From Clostridia bacterium (lineage in GTDB: Bacteria > Bacillota > Clostridia > Oscillospirales > CAG-272): a stretch of 64,000 bases of DNA. The position numbers and the translations under genes are program-made. A model generated the notes under the pieces. The model was not told the DNA's origin. It saw only the letters and a program-made list of their open reading frames with translations, and ran no database searches. Shown in pieces: positions 46,446 to 55,859 of this stretch. Positions within the stretch are counted from its first letter, which is position 1. The number at the start of each line of letters is the position of its first letter. The stretch is from positions 39,006 through 103,005 of the forward strand of contig JAQXHN010000018.1 of the NCBI GenBank assembly GCA_029007295.1, given 5' to 3'.

Positions 46446-47382
46446 TGTACGCCTCCGTCAATAAAGCATGCACCGTGTACCTGTCGGTTTGACGGGCGTT
46501 TGTGCAGGTTGACAGCGTTACTATTCTTGAATTTTCGTCAAACGCTATACCGTCTCGGAAGTACATCGAATTTGCCTGCATTTCCTTTGCAAACTCTACA
46601 AATTCCGAATGATCTGCAAAATAAGTCTGTATATACTTATACCGATAGTCGGTCTTATAAACCGAGAACACCCGGTATGTGTAAACGCCCTGCATGGTGT
46701 AAATATAGATGTACTCGTTTTCCCGAAAGAAGCTCTCGTCAAGATAATCAATGAGCTCGGAAAACATCATGCCGTTTTGCATGTTGTGACCGTAAATTAC
46801 GGTATTGTGGTTGCCGTTGAAGTCACGGTCGCAATTGTAATCCACGAAAATCGAACCGGCGGCAAGGTATCCGCCCTTGTATTCGTGGTTGAGATAGTAG
46901 GAGTTGTCCGTCGACTGAAGAAGCGGATAATTAATATGCTTCGTGCCCGGTATGATGATCCATCCGCACACATCCGGATTAATTTTCTGCAGCTCCTCGA
47001 GCCTTTTTTTCATTCGCAGAAAAATCCGATTGTAGGAGGAGGAATCCCCTTGATATCCCGAGCCGAATTTCGGTGTCGGCGAATCGCCGTTATCGGCGGC
47101 AAGAAGCTTCTCGTTATCCTCAAAATCGGAAATCAGTCCGTTATAGAAATCCTCCGATTTTTTATACTGTATCAGCTTTGAAGCAATGGAATAAGCGCTC
47201 CAAATAAATATGCAGCTGAAAATGACAAGAAGTATCCTGCTTATTATATTTCTGCGCTTTTTCATTGCGATCTCCCTTTTATCGGGAGGCAGCTTTTCCT
47301 CGATATCGTCCTTTGTTATATGCTTGAGCGAATAACCGAACGATTCGGGAATATTTGATTTTTCATTCGTATTCTTTTTCAT
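46438..47382 (-). CDS. srtB: Class B sortase with extended N-terminal cytoplasmic/TM region
   Basis: VCGWIIIPGTKHINYPLLQSTDNSYYLNH...NTVIYGHNM...VTLSTCT (TLxTC) are class B sortase motifs. TM helix ILLVIFSCIFIWSAYSIA. Confidence 0.8.
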   Translation of the reverse strand: MKKNTNEKSNIPESFGYSLKHITKDDIEEKLPPDKREIAMKKRRNIISRILLVIFSCIFIWSAYSIASKLIQYKKSEDFYNGLISDFEDNEKLLAADNGDSPTPKFGSGYQGDSSSYNRIFLRMKKRLEELQKINPDVCGWIIIPGTKHINYPLLQSTDNSYYLNHEYKGGYLAAGSIFVDYNCDRDFNGNHNTVIYGHNMQNGMMFSELIDYLDESFFRENEYIYIYTMQGVYTYRVFSVYKTDYRYKYIQTYFADHSEFVEFAKEMQANSMYFRDGIAFDENSRIVTLSTCTNARQTDRYTVHALLTEAYNE

Positions 47383-47454
47383 CGGGTTATTCCTTTATAA
47401 CATCGGGTATAGCAAACACCCTCCCTCACAGGGGCAAACGTACAATACCGAAGC

Positions 47455-49104
47455 TTAATCAACTCGGACGATTGATTCGTCCCACATTGAAGGAGCCTTG
47501 TAGCCGAGCAGGTTAACCGCTGTTGCGGCAACGTCGGACAAGCCGAATTTTCCCTCGTCCTTTTTAACGGTGTACTTATCGTTTGTAAAGTTATCGTAGA
47601 TTATGCAGGGAACCGGATTTAATGTATGGCTTGTCTTTGCCTTGTACCTGCCGTCCTTTGTAAGCTTGGGTGCCTTGGTTTTTTTATCGTATTCGCACAT
47701 CTCGTCCGCATTTCCGTGGTCGGCTGTGATGATTGCCGCCCCGTGAACCTCGTCGATAACGGACAGCAGTCTTGCAAGCTGTAAATCGAGCGCCTCTACG
47801 GAGATTACGGTAGCCTGCATAGAGCCTGTGTGTCCGACCATATCGCCGTTGGGATAATTGCAGCGAATGTACTTATACTCGCCGCTCCTTAATGCCTCGA
47901 TGAGCTTATCTGTGATTTCGGCGCACTTCATCCACGGACGCTGTTCAAACGGAACAACGTCGCTCGGTATCTCGATATATGTTTCAAGCTCCTCGTTGAA
48001 TTTGCCGCTCTTATTTCCGTTCCAGAAGTATGTAACATGACCGTACTTCTGCGTCTCGGAGACAGCAAGCTGTTTAATTCCGGTATCGGCCAAGTATTCG
48101 CCCATCGTATTTGTTATTTCCGGAGGATTTACAAGATAGCGCGAGGGTATGTGCAAATCGCCGTCATATTCGAGCATACCGGCGTAAACCACCTTAGGAA
48201 ATTTCTTTCTCTCAAATTTGCCGAGATTCTCCTCCTCGAACGCTCTTGAAATTTCAATAGCTCTGTCGCCTCGGAAATTGTAGAATATCACGCTGTCTTT
48301 GTCGTTGACAGCTCCTATCGCCTTGCCGTCCTCGGCAATAACGAAGGGGTCAAGATCCTGGTCGATTGCCCCCGTTTCGGCACGAAGCGTGTTAATCGCT
48401 TCCTCGGCCGAGGAGAAAAATCTTCCTTCGCCCTCAACATGAGTTTTCCAGCCGAGAGCCACCATTTCCCAGTTGGCCTCGTATCTGTCCATGGTAATCT
48501 TCATTCTGCCGCCGCCCGAAGCAATCGCAACGTCAAAATCATCGGCTCGAAGAGTATCAAGAAACGCTTCGAACGGAAGAACGTAATCAAGTGCGGAGGT
48601 TTCGCCGACATCTCTGCCGTCAAGAAGAATGTGGATGCGCACACGCTTAACGCCGTCTCGCTTTGCCGCCGTAAGCATTGCTTTCAAATGGTCGATGTGT
48701 GAATGAACATTTCCGTCGGAGAAGAGTCCGAGGAAATGCATAACCGTGCCGTTCTCCTTTACGTTGGAGACAAGAGCTTTCCATGTGTCGGACAGGAACA
48801 TCTTGCCGGATTCAATGGAATTGGAAACAAGCTTTGCGCCCTGTGCGAAAACCTGTCCCGAGCCGAGCGCATTATGTCCCACCTCGGAGTTGCCCATATC
48901 GTCGTCTCCGGGAAGACCTACCGCAGTGCCGTGCGCCTTAAGCGCTACGGTGGGGTATTTTTCAATCAGCATATCCAGAGTGGGAGTTTTTGCACTCTTA
49001 ACCGCATTGCCCTCCTCGACGGGATTGATGCCTATACCGTCCATTACGACGGTTACAACGGGTCCTTCGACGCCTTTAAAATTGTTCAGTTTCTCAAGCT
49101 TCAT
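47455..49104 (-). CDS. gpmI: 2,3-bisphosphoglycerate-independent phosphoglycerate mutase
   Basis: VVTVVMDGIGI, GNSEVGHNALGSGQ, and the C-terminal ADHGN metal-binding blocks. 549 aa. Confidence 0.8.
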   Translation of the reverse strand: MKLEKLNNFKGVEGPVVTVVMDGIGINPVEEGNAVKSAKTPTLDMLIEKYPTVALKAHGTAVGLPGDDDMGNSEVGHNALGSGQVFAQGAKLVSNSIESGKMFLSDTWKALVSNVKENGTVMHFLGLFSDGNVHSHIDHLKAMLTAAKRDGVKRVRIHILLDGRDVGETSALDYVLPFEAFLDTLRADDFDVAIASGGGRMKITMDRYEANWEMVALGWKTHVEGEGRFFSSAEEAINTLRAETGAIDQDLDPFVIAEDGKAIGAVNDKDSVIFYNFRGDRAIEISRAFEEENLGKFERKKFPKVVYAGMLEYDGDLHIPSRYLVNPPEITNTMGEYLADTGIKQLAVSETQKYGHVTYFWNGNKSGKFNEELETYIEIPSDVVPFEQRPWMKCAEITDKLIEALRSGEYKYIRCNYPNGDMVGHTGSMQATVISVEALDLQLARLLSVIDEVHGAAIITADHGNADEMCEYDKKTKAPKLTKDGRYKAKTSHTLNPVPCIIYDNFTNDKYTVKKDEGKFGLSDVAATAVNLLGYKAPSMWDESIVRVD

Positions 49105-49335
49105 TTTATCTTCTGCCTTTCAGTTTGTTTATTTCGGGAGACGGACACCGCCGAGGCTCCGTCAAAGCGAAGGAGGCGTGCGGCGGCTTTCCCGCCTGTT
49201 TTCCTCTGTGCCGATAATCGGCATGCATTTTTTCACCAACGGCCGAACGCTTTTCCTTTGCCGGTCGACCTTATCATATTGTAATACAAAAATGTTAATA
49301 TTGTCAACATAAAATAAAAACATATAAAGAATAAA

Positions 49336-49364
49336 TTGACATACAAAACTATTTGGTGTATAAT
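49336..49364 (+). promoter_or_regulatory. Sigma-A promoter of the yicC-remA-gmk-rpoZ-priA unit
   Basis: TTGACA (49336-49341), 17-nt spacer, extended -10 TGtgTATAAT (49355-49364). Confidence 0.6.
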
Positions 49365-49399
49365 ATTATGGATTATAGGTATCGAAAAGGGCGTATAAT

Positions 49400-50287
49400 A
49401 TGGTAAACAGTATGACCGCATACGGCAGAGCCGTCATGCAAAAAGAGACAAAAATAATTACCGTCGAAATAAAAAGCGTAAATAACCGTTATTTCGACTG
49501 CTCCGTAAAGCTTCCGAGAATTTATTCCTCCCTCGAAGAGAAGGTGCGTTCCTATGTGCAGTCAAACGGCATATCAAGAGGAAAGATTGATATTTACGTG
49601 TCGGTAAATATCCTCTCCGGCGCAGGCGAAACGGTTATGCTCGACGAAGCCTACGCCGAAAGCTACATAAAGGCGCTGCGCGAATTATCCGAGAAATTTG
49701 ATTTGCCGCTTGACATCTCGGTAATGAGAGTCGCTTCCAACCGCGACATTTTTTTAACCGTTGCGGACAAGGACGACCCGGAAAAGGATTGGGAGGAGCT
49801 GTCGCCTGTTTTAGCCGAAGCGCTCGCTTCTTATAAGGAGATGAGAGCAAGAGAGGGCGAGAGGCTCATCCGGGACATTGCGGAAAAGAAAAAAACCGTT
49901 ATGGAGCTGGCGGATAAGGTTGCGCATTTAGCAAACGGCGCCGTGGCAAAATACCGAGAAAAGCTTGAAGCAAAGCTGCGCTCGGTGCTTGCCGACATGG
50001 TTGTAACGCCCGACGAAGCCAGAATCATGACAGAGTGCGCAATCTATGCGGACAAGGTCGCCGTTGACGAGGAATTGGTAAGACTTCAAAGCCACTTTAA
50101 GGCGTTTGACGACATACTCGAATCAAACGAGCCGGTCGGCAGAAAAATAGATTTCCTTTTGCAGGAGATGAACAGAGAGGTCAACACTACGGGCTCCAAA
50201 TGCAACGATGCGGAAATAGCCCATATTGTTGTTGATATGAAGGCGGAGCTTGAAAAAATCCGCGAGCAAATTCAAAATATAGAATAG
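49400..50287 (+). CDS. yicC: YicC/YloC family endoribonuclease
   Basis: MVNSMTAYGR N-terminus and the C-terminal DUF1732 region. Conserved position upstream of remA-gmk. Confidence 0.8.
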   Translation: MVNSMTAYGRAVMQKETKIITVEIKSVNNRYFDCSVKLPRIYSSLEEKVRSYVQSNGISRGKIDIYVSVNILSGAGETVMLDEAYAESYIKALRELSEKFDLPLDISVMRVASNRDIFLTVADKDDPEKDWEELSPVLAEALASYKEMRAREGERLIRDIAEKKKTVMELADKVAHLANGAVAKYREKLEAKLRSVLADMVVTPDEARIMTECAIYADKVAVDEELVRLQSHFKAFDDILESNEPVGRKIDFLLQEMNREVNTTGSKCNDAEIAHIVVDMKAELEKIREQIQNIE

Positions 50288-50309
50288 CGGATTCGGATTA
50301 CGGAATAAT

Positions 50310-50564
50310 ATGAAATTTATCAATGCAGGCTTCGGCAATTATATTTCCGAAGAAAGAATAGTAACCGTGGCGACGCCGGAGGCCGCGCCCATTAAGCGAA
50401 TTATTCAGGACGCAAAGGCCAACTCAAGAGCAATAGACATAACCGGCGGAAGAAAAACAAAGTCGGTGATAATAACCGACAGCGATCATGTCATATTCAG
50501 CGCATTGACGCCTGATATGCTGCTCGGCATAAGACAGGCGCCCAAGGAGAGCGACAATGAATAA
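50310..50564 (+). CDS. remA: RemA/DUF370 family biofilm regulator
   Basis: MKFINAGFGNYISEERIVTVATPEAAPIKRIIQDAK matches RemA/YlzA. Confidence 0.8.
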   Translation: MKFINAGFGNYISEERIVTVATPEAAPIKRIIQDAKANSRAIDITGGRKTKSVIITDSDHVIFSALTPDMLLGIRQAPKESDNE

Positions 50565-51171
50565 AAGAGGAATACTGTGCGTTTTGTCCGGTCCTGCCGG
50601 CTCCGGAAAAGGCACTGTGGTACAGAATGTATTTAAGATGAGCGACGATTTTGCATATTCCGTTTCGGCAACTACAAGAGCGCCGAGAGCGCTCGAAGAG
50701 AACGGAGTGCATTATCACTTTATTACAAGGGAAAAATTCCAAGAGCTTATCCGGGATAACAAGATTTTGGAATATACCGAGTACTGCGGTAATTATTACG
50801 GTACGCTGAGGAGCGAGGTCGAAAATAAACTTGCAAACGGCAAGAATGTTATTCTTGAAATCGAAGTTGAGGGGGCAATGAATGTCCGAAGGGCATTCCC
50901 CGACGCAGTTCTGACAATGCTGCTGCCTCCCGACTACAAAACGCTTGAAGCAAGGCTTCGCAACAGAGGCACGAACACCGAGCAGGACATAAACAACCGC
51001 ATGAAGCGTTGTCTTCAGGAGCTTGAATACTTCGACAAATACGATTACTTTATCGAGAACGCCTCCGATGTAACCCAGGCGGCAAGAGAATTTATCGCAA
51101 TAGTGAAAAGCGAGCAGCACAGAACCAAGCGCAATACCGATTTCCCCGAGATTTTTAAATCCAACAAATAA
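50557..51171 (+). CDS. gmk: Guanylate kinase
   Basis: GILCVLSGPAGSGKGTV and SATTR motifs. Confidence 0.9.
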   Translation: MNKRGILCVLSGPAGSGKGTVVQNVFKMSDDFAYSVSATTRAPRALEENGVHYHFITREKFQELIRDNKILEYTEYCGNYYGTLRSEVENKLANGKNVILEIEVEGAMNVRRAFPDAVLTMLLPPDYKTLEARLRNRGTNTEQDINNRMKRCLQELEYFDKYDYFIENASDVTQAAREFIAIVKSEQHRTKRNTDFPEIFKSNK

Positions 51172-51196
51172 TTAACCGAAAGGCAAGGCAATTACA

Positions 51197-51532
51197 ATGA
51201 AGGTTTATTTTGATTATACTACATTAGGCGGAGAAGGCTTAAACAAGTACAAAAGAGTCTGCGCTACGGCAAAGTCGGCGAGGATGGTAACCGACGAATA
51301 TGTATCGCAGCGAGAAAACGCCGAAAAGCTTATTGCAAACAAGGAAACAGACCGTTCTCTCTCCTCTCTTATCAAAAAGGAGGTTCGCGACGAAAAGGCG
51401 GTTATTACCGCAATAGACCGCATTCGCTCGGGCGAATACCGCATTCTTTCGGAGGAAGAGGTCTCAGAGCGCACCGAAGCAAAGGCGAACACAACGGCTC
51501 AGGAGAGCTCAGAGAATACCTCAGCCGACTGA
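51197..51532 (+). CDS. rpoZ: DNA-directed RNA polymerase subunit omega with C-terminal extension
   Basis: Conserved position after gmk. LNKYKRVCATAKSARMV resembles the omega core (KYELVVAAAKRARQI-type). 111 aa with an acidic tail. Confidence 0.55.
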   Translation: MKVYFDYTTLGGEGLNKYKRVCATAKSARMVTDEYVSQRENAEKLIANKETDRSLSSLIKKEVRDEKAVITAIDRIRSGEYRILSEEEVSERTEAKANTTAQESSENTSAD

Positions 51533-51548
51533 TAAGCCGACCGATTAT

Positions 51549-53801
51549 ATGCAAAAAGATTTGGTAGCACGGGTTTTCATCCTTGATGTTCCTTACCGAA
51601 TTGACAAGCTATATGAGTATTCAATCCCGACTGACCTGTGCGATAAAATTCGCACAGGCGTTTTTGCAACAGTCAATTTCGGCAAAGGAAAGAGGCAAAG
51701 CCTGTGCCTTGTTTACGAGATTCTCGGCGAAAGCGATTACGACAGGTCTAAGCTAAAGCCTATAACGAAGCTTGAAACCGAAATCACCCCGCTGACGCAC
51801 GAACAGATAAAGCTGTGCCTTTTTATCAGCGAGCAAACCTTCTGCACCTTCGGGACGGCGCTAAAAGCGGTGGTGCCTTCGGCGGATTTTAAGCGAACCA
51901 ATATTAAATATACCGTAACCTACACCTTAACCCAAAGCGGCTTTGAAGCGTTATCCGACGGCTCCCTTGACAAAAGCCCCGCCAAATTCGTATTGCTTGA
52001 GCGTATAGCCGACAAGCCGAATATCGACAGGAACGCTTTGCTTGAGGAAAGCAAATCAAATTCTCAAAAGCTAAAAAGCCTTTTGCGGCTCGGCTACATT
52101 AAAGAGAGCAAAACGGAAAGCTATCGGGCGCCCTTCGAGGATTATGCGGGGGAAAAGCCGACAAATGTTCTGACCGAAGCGCAAAACCGTGCTTTTTGCG
52201 AATTAAAATCCCTGTACGAATCAAAGGAGCCGAGGGCGGCTCTATTGCACGGCGTTACGGGAAGCGGTAAAACAAGAGTAATTAAGGCCATGTGCGACGA
52301 GGTTTTGGCTTCGGGCAGACAGGTAATAATTTTAGTACCGGAAATTGCCCTGACTCCGCAAGCAATTTCCCTTTTCGCCTCCTTTTACCGAGGCAGTGTC
52401 GCCGTATTGCATTCATCGCTGTCAGCGGGTGAACGCTACGACGCTTTTCGCCGTATGAGGGAGGGAAAGGTAAACATCTGCATAGGTACTCGCTCGGCGG
52501 TGTTTGCCCCGTTTGAAAATATCGGTATGATTGTTATTGACGAGGAGCAGGAGCACACCTATAAGTCGGACTCCGACCCGAAGTACCATACCGTGGATAT
52601 AGCAAGATTTCGATGCGCGTACCACAATTCCCTTATGCTTTTGGCGTCGGCTACCCCCTCGCTTGCAAGCTATTACAAGGCAAAAGCGGGAAAATATACC
52701 TTGGTCAAGCTGACCGAGAGATACAATAACGCTCCCCTGCCGGACGCTCAAATATGCGATATGAGAGGCGAAATATCAAAGGGCGATACGAGAGCCGTCG
52801 GGAAAGAGCTGTATTTTGAAATCAAAAAAGCGTTAGACGACGGAAAGCAGGCGATTGTTTTTGTTAACCGCAGAGGATATAACAATTACCTGACCTGCAC
52901 CAAATGCGGCGCAACAATGATGTGCCCGCATTGCAGCGTATCACTGACAAATCATACGGTAAACGGCAGAAACGAGCTTCGCTGTCATTACTGCGGCTAC
53001 CGAGCCTATTCGCCGAGCGTGTGCCCGGAATGCAAAAGCGAGCATTTAAGGTACGTCGGCTTCGGCACACAGCATGTGGAGCAGGAGCTGTCGGAGCTTT
53101 TCCCCGACGCCGTTATTGTCCGTATGGACGCAGACACAACAAAAACCAAATTTTCCTACGAGAAAATTCTGTCGTCCTTCAAAAATCATTCCGCAGATAT
53201 TTTAATCGGCACGCAGATGGTGACCAAGGGACACGATTTTCCGGATGTAACTCTTTGCGGAGTTTTGCTCGCCGATATGACGCTGTATGTTGACGATTAC
53301 AGAGCCAACGAGCGCACCTTTTCACTGTTGACGCAGGTTATCGGCAGAGCCGGCAGGGGGGACTTCCCCGGAAAAGCGGTTATTCAGACATACAATCCCG
53401 ATCACCCCGTTTTAACGCTGGCGGCAGAGCAGAATTACGAGGCGTTTTACGAAAATGAAATTGCGCTTCGCAGGGCGCTGACCTTTCCGCCGGTTTGCGA
53501 TATTTTTCTTATTACCTTATCCGGCAAAAACGAGCCCTCGCTCCTTGAGGCGTCGAACGGCTTCCGAGCCCTGCTTTTGAGAGAGATAAAGCAAAACGAC
53601 GGGGTGGAATTAATTGTGTTCGGCCCTTTTGAGGCGCCGATTTACAAGCTAAGCGAGACCTTTCGTATGCGATTTGTCTGCAAGGGCAAATCCAATACGA
53701 AAACGAGAGCCCTTTTTCGCACGGTTATGGAATACTTTGCCAAGGAGAAATTCACCGACACCGTCGGCATTTCCATTGACGTCAACCCGAGCAGCTTATA
53801 A
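51549..53801 (+). CDS. priA: Primosomal protein N' (replication restart helicase PriA)
   Basis: Walker A GVTGSGKT, DEEQ/DEEH box, and the Cys-rich zinc-binding region CTKCGATMMCPHC...CHYCGY...CPEC. Confidence 0.85.
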   Translation: MQKDLVARVFILDVPYRIDKLYEYSIPTDLCDKIRTGVFATVNFGKGKRQSLCLVYEILGESDYDRSKLKPITKLETEITPLTHEQIKLCLFISEQTFCTFGTALKAVVPSADFKRTNIKYTVTYTLTQSGFEALSDGSLDKSPAKFVLLERIADKPNIDRNALLEESKSNSQKLKSLLRLGYIKESKTESYRAPFEDYAGEKPTNVLTEAQNRAFCELKSLYESKEPRAALLHGVTGSGKTRVIKAMCDEVLASGRQVIILVPEIALTPQAISLFASFYRGSVAVLHSSLSAGERYDAFRRMREGKVNICIGTRSAVFAPFENIGMIVIDEEQEHTYKSDSDPKYHTVDIARFRCAYHNSLMLLASATPSLASYYKAKAGKYTLVKLTERYNNAPLPDAQICDMRGEISKGDTRAVGKELYFEIKKALDDGKQAIVFVNRRGYNNYLTCTKCGATMMCPHCSVSLTNHTVNGRNELRCHYCGYRAYSPSVCPECKSEHLRYVGFGTQHVEQELSELFPDAVIVRMDADTTKTKFSYEKILSSFKNHSADILIGTQMVTKGHDFPDVTLCGVLLADMTLYVDDYRANERTFSLLTQVIGRAGRGDFPGKAVIQTYNPDHPVLTLAAEQNYEAFYENEIALRRALTFPPVCDIFLITLSGKNEPSLLEASNGFRALLLREIKQNDGVELIVFGPFEAPIYKLSETFRMRFVCKGKSNTKTRALFRTVMEYFAKEKFTDTVGISIDVNPSSL

Positions 53802-53932
53802 AGCAAGCGCCGATGCGCTCGTTTTTACCTGCTAAGCTCGACTTAAACGGCATACCTACCCCGGGCATACTGCGCTCTAAACCGCAGTATCGCATTAACA
53901 AGAGTAATTATATTGACAAAAGGAACACAAAT

Positions 53933-54814
53933 ATGGACTCATCAATCATAAAAATTTCCGATATTCAAAAAGAGGATAAGGTACATATCTCCTGCGAGCT
54001 GTTCCCCCCGAAAACAGGCGACAAAATACCGAATGTTGCCTCAGTCGTAAAAGAGGTAGCCGCCTTGAAGCCCTCATATATGAGCGTGACCTACGGCGCA
54101 ACGGGCGGTACCTCCGATTTCACCGTTGATATCGCAAGGGAAATTTGCAAAAACGGCATCCCCGCCCTCGCCCACCTGACCTGCTATTCCTCTACCAAGG
54201 AAAAGGTAAGGGGCGTTGTAAATCAATTAAAGGAAGCGGGTATTTCAAACATACTCTGTCTTCGGGGCGATATTCCAAATAATCCCGACTTCATCCCCCC
54301 CTGCGAATACAGACACGCAAGCGAGCTTATATCTGACGTTAAAGCCATGGGTGATTTTTGCATCGGCGCCGCCTGCTACCCGGAGGGTCATCCCGAAGCC
54401 GACACCATAACCGATGATATCGAGCATTTGTATGAAAAGGTGCGCTCGGGGTGCGATTTTCTCACGACGCAGATGTTTTTTGACAACAATATTTATTATA
54501 ATTTCCTTTTCAAGCTGTTAAAAAGGGGAATTGACATTCCGGTCGTTGCGGGTATTATGCCCGTAACAAACAAGGCCTCTCTTTCGAGAATCATTTCCCT
54601 CTCGGGAAACCTTGTGCCGCCCCGCTTTAAAGCTATAGTCGACCGCTTCGGAGATTCTCCCCTCGCTATGAAGCAGGCGGGAATAGCTTATGCCACCGAA
54701 CAGATAATCGACCTTATCGCAAACGGAGTGAACAATATTCACATTTACACCATGAACAAGCCGGACGTAGCGGGCGCGATAATATCCAACCTGTCACATA
54801 TTTTTGTAAAATGA
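53933..54814 (+). CDS. metF: Methylenetetrahydrofolate reductase
   Basis: ISCELFPPKT...SVTYGATGG matches the MetF N-terminal motifs. Start at MDSSII. Confidence 0.8.
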   Translation: MDSSIIKISDIQKEDKVHISCELFPPKTGDKIPNVASVVKEVAALKPSYMSVTYGATGGTSDFTVDIAREICKNGIPALAHLTCYSSTKEKVRGVVNQLKEAGISNILCLRGDIPNNPDFIPPCEYRHASELISDVKAMGDFCIGAACYPEGHPEADTITDDIEHLYEKVRSGCDFLTTQMFFDNNIYYNFLFKLLKRGIDIPVVAGIMPVTNKASLSRIISLSGNLVPPRFKAIVDRFGDSPLAMKQAGIAYATEQIIDLIANGVNNIHIYTMNKPDVAGAIISNLSHIFVK

Positions 54815-55416
54815 CAGAAAAAGAGCTGAAAGAAATAAAATACTACCTCGGTTACGGCGCCAACGAGGCAGACGAGCGCACAAAAAGCGTAATCGAAAGC
54901 GTTTTCTCGGAGTATGAAAGCGCCGTATGCGAAAAGTATTTAACAAAAACCTTTGAATGCACGGTCTCGGACAAAAGCGTCGTACTGCTGTGCGACGGCA
55001 AAGCGGTATCGGAGTTTTATTCAAAAAAGCTCGCAAAGCACCTTTCGCTTTGCGACAAAGTTACGCTGATGGCGGCAACCGTAGGCGCCGCTTGCGACAG
55101 ACTTATGCTGCGGTACGAGCATACCGAGATTGCCAAGGCCGCCGTCTGTCAGGCGTGCGGAGCATATTTTATCGAGCGTCTTTGCGATTCGATTTGCGAC
55201 AGACTGAAAAAAGAGACCTCACGGGAATTAACCTTTCGCTTCAGCCCGGGTTACGGCGATTTAAAGCTTGAAACGCAAAGGGAGCTTTTCAATATTCTCG
55301 AATGCCGGAGAATCGGATTGACCCTGACCGACTCCTGTTTAACCGTGCCGACAAAAAGCGTTACCGCCTTTATCGGGCACAAAAAGCCGGGTATGAAACG
55401 CAATATTGAAAAGTGA
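54811..55416 (+). CDS. Stand-alone vitamin-B12-dependent methionine synthase activation-domain protein
   Basis: ~200 aa. SPGYGD motif typical of the MetH reactivation domain. ATGA-coupled to metF, a common Clostridial arrangement. Confidence 0.6.
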   Translation: MTEKELKEIKYYLGYGANEADERTKSVIESVFSEYESAVCEKYLTKTFECTVSDKSVVLLCDGKAVSEFYSKKLAKHLSLCDKVTLMAATVGAACDRLMLRYEHTEIAKAAVCQACGAYFIERLCDSICDRLKKETSRELTFRFSPGYGDLKLETQRELFNILECRRIGLTLTDSCLTVPTKSVTAFIGHKKPGMKRNIEK

Positions 55417-55427
55417 AAACCGAAAAA

Positions 55428-55460
55428 TAAAATCCCGAATGCATTGCATTCGGGATTTTT
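55428..55460. terminator. Bidirectional terminator between the metF operon and tRNA-Thr
   Basis: aaatcccgaatgc-att-gcattcgggattt hairpin flanked by an A-run and a T-run. Confidence 0.65.
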
Positions 55461-55535
55461 GGAGCTGGTAATCGGACTCGAACCGATGACCTGTTGATTA
55501 CGAATCAACTGCTCTACCAACTGAGCCATACCAGC
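55459..55535 (-). tRNA. tRNA-Thr (anticodon CGT)
   Basis: Reverse complement GCTGGTATGGCTCAGTTGGTAGAGCAGTTGATTCGTAATCAACAGGTCATCGGTTCGAGTCCGATTACCAGCTCCA. Anticodon loop TTCGTAA. Confidence 0.85.
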
Positions 55536-55654
55536 ATTAAAATTGTTAATCACGGCAATAATAATATCACACTTTTGTTAAAAAGTCAATAGTTAAACGA
55601 CTATATATGCGTATGAAAAATTAATAATTTAATTTTTGAAAAGTATTGCATTTT

Positions 55655-55859
55655 TTTATCGCATTTGATAGAATGATGGCGTACGGTGTTTTTTCGGGGT
55701 AATACCCCATTCCGGTCATTATTATTTGACATCAATATCGGATTGCAAGATTTGTTTATCACTCTTTCTTTTGGGAGTAAGCTCCCTTGGTTTGGGTGTT
55801 TTTTTCTTGTAGAGCTTTTTACCGTACTCATTTTATTTATTTAAGGAGAACAAAAAGCA
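55655..55859 (+). promoter_or_regulatory. potA promoter (TTGCAT-17-TAGAAT) plus ~180-nt structured leader with terminator-like hairpin
   Basis: ttgcatttttttatcgcatttgatagaat, then leader hairpins ggggtaatacccc and gggagtaagctccc followed by ttggtttgggtgttttttt. RBS aaggaga is ~70 nt further on. Confidence 0.35.

Noticed and set aside
53802-53932. Checked for a SAM (S-box) riboswitch upstream of metF
   Set aside because: Only two short hairpins are present (agcgccgatgcgct, atactgcg...cgcagtat). No SAM-I conserved cores are present and the region is only 131 nt. metF is probably read through from priA or a weak promoter.
55251-55553. 100-aa ORF on the minus strand
   Set aside because: It coincides with the tRNA-Thr gene and its terminator. 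It is not a protein-coding gene.
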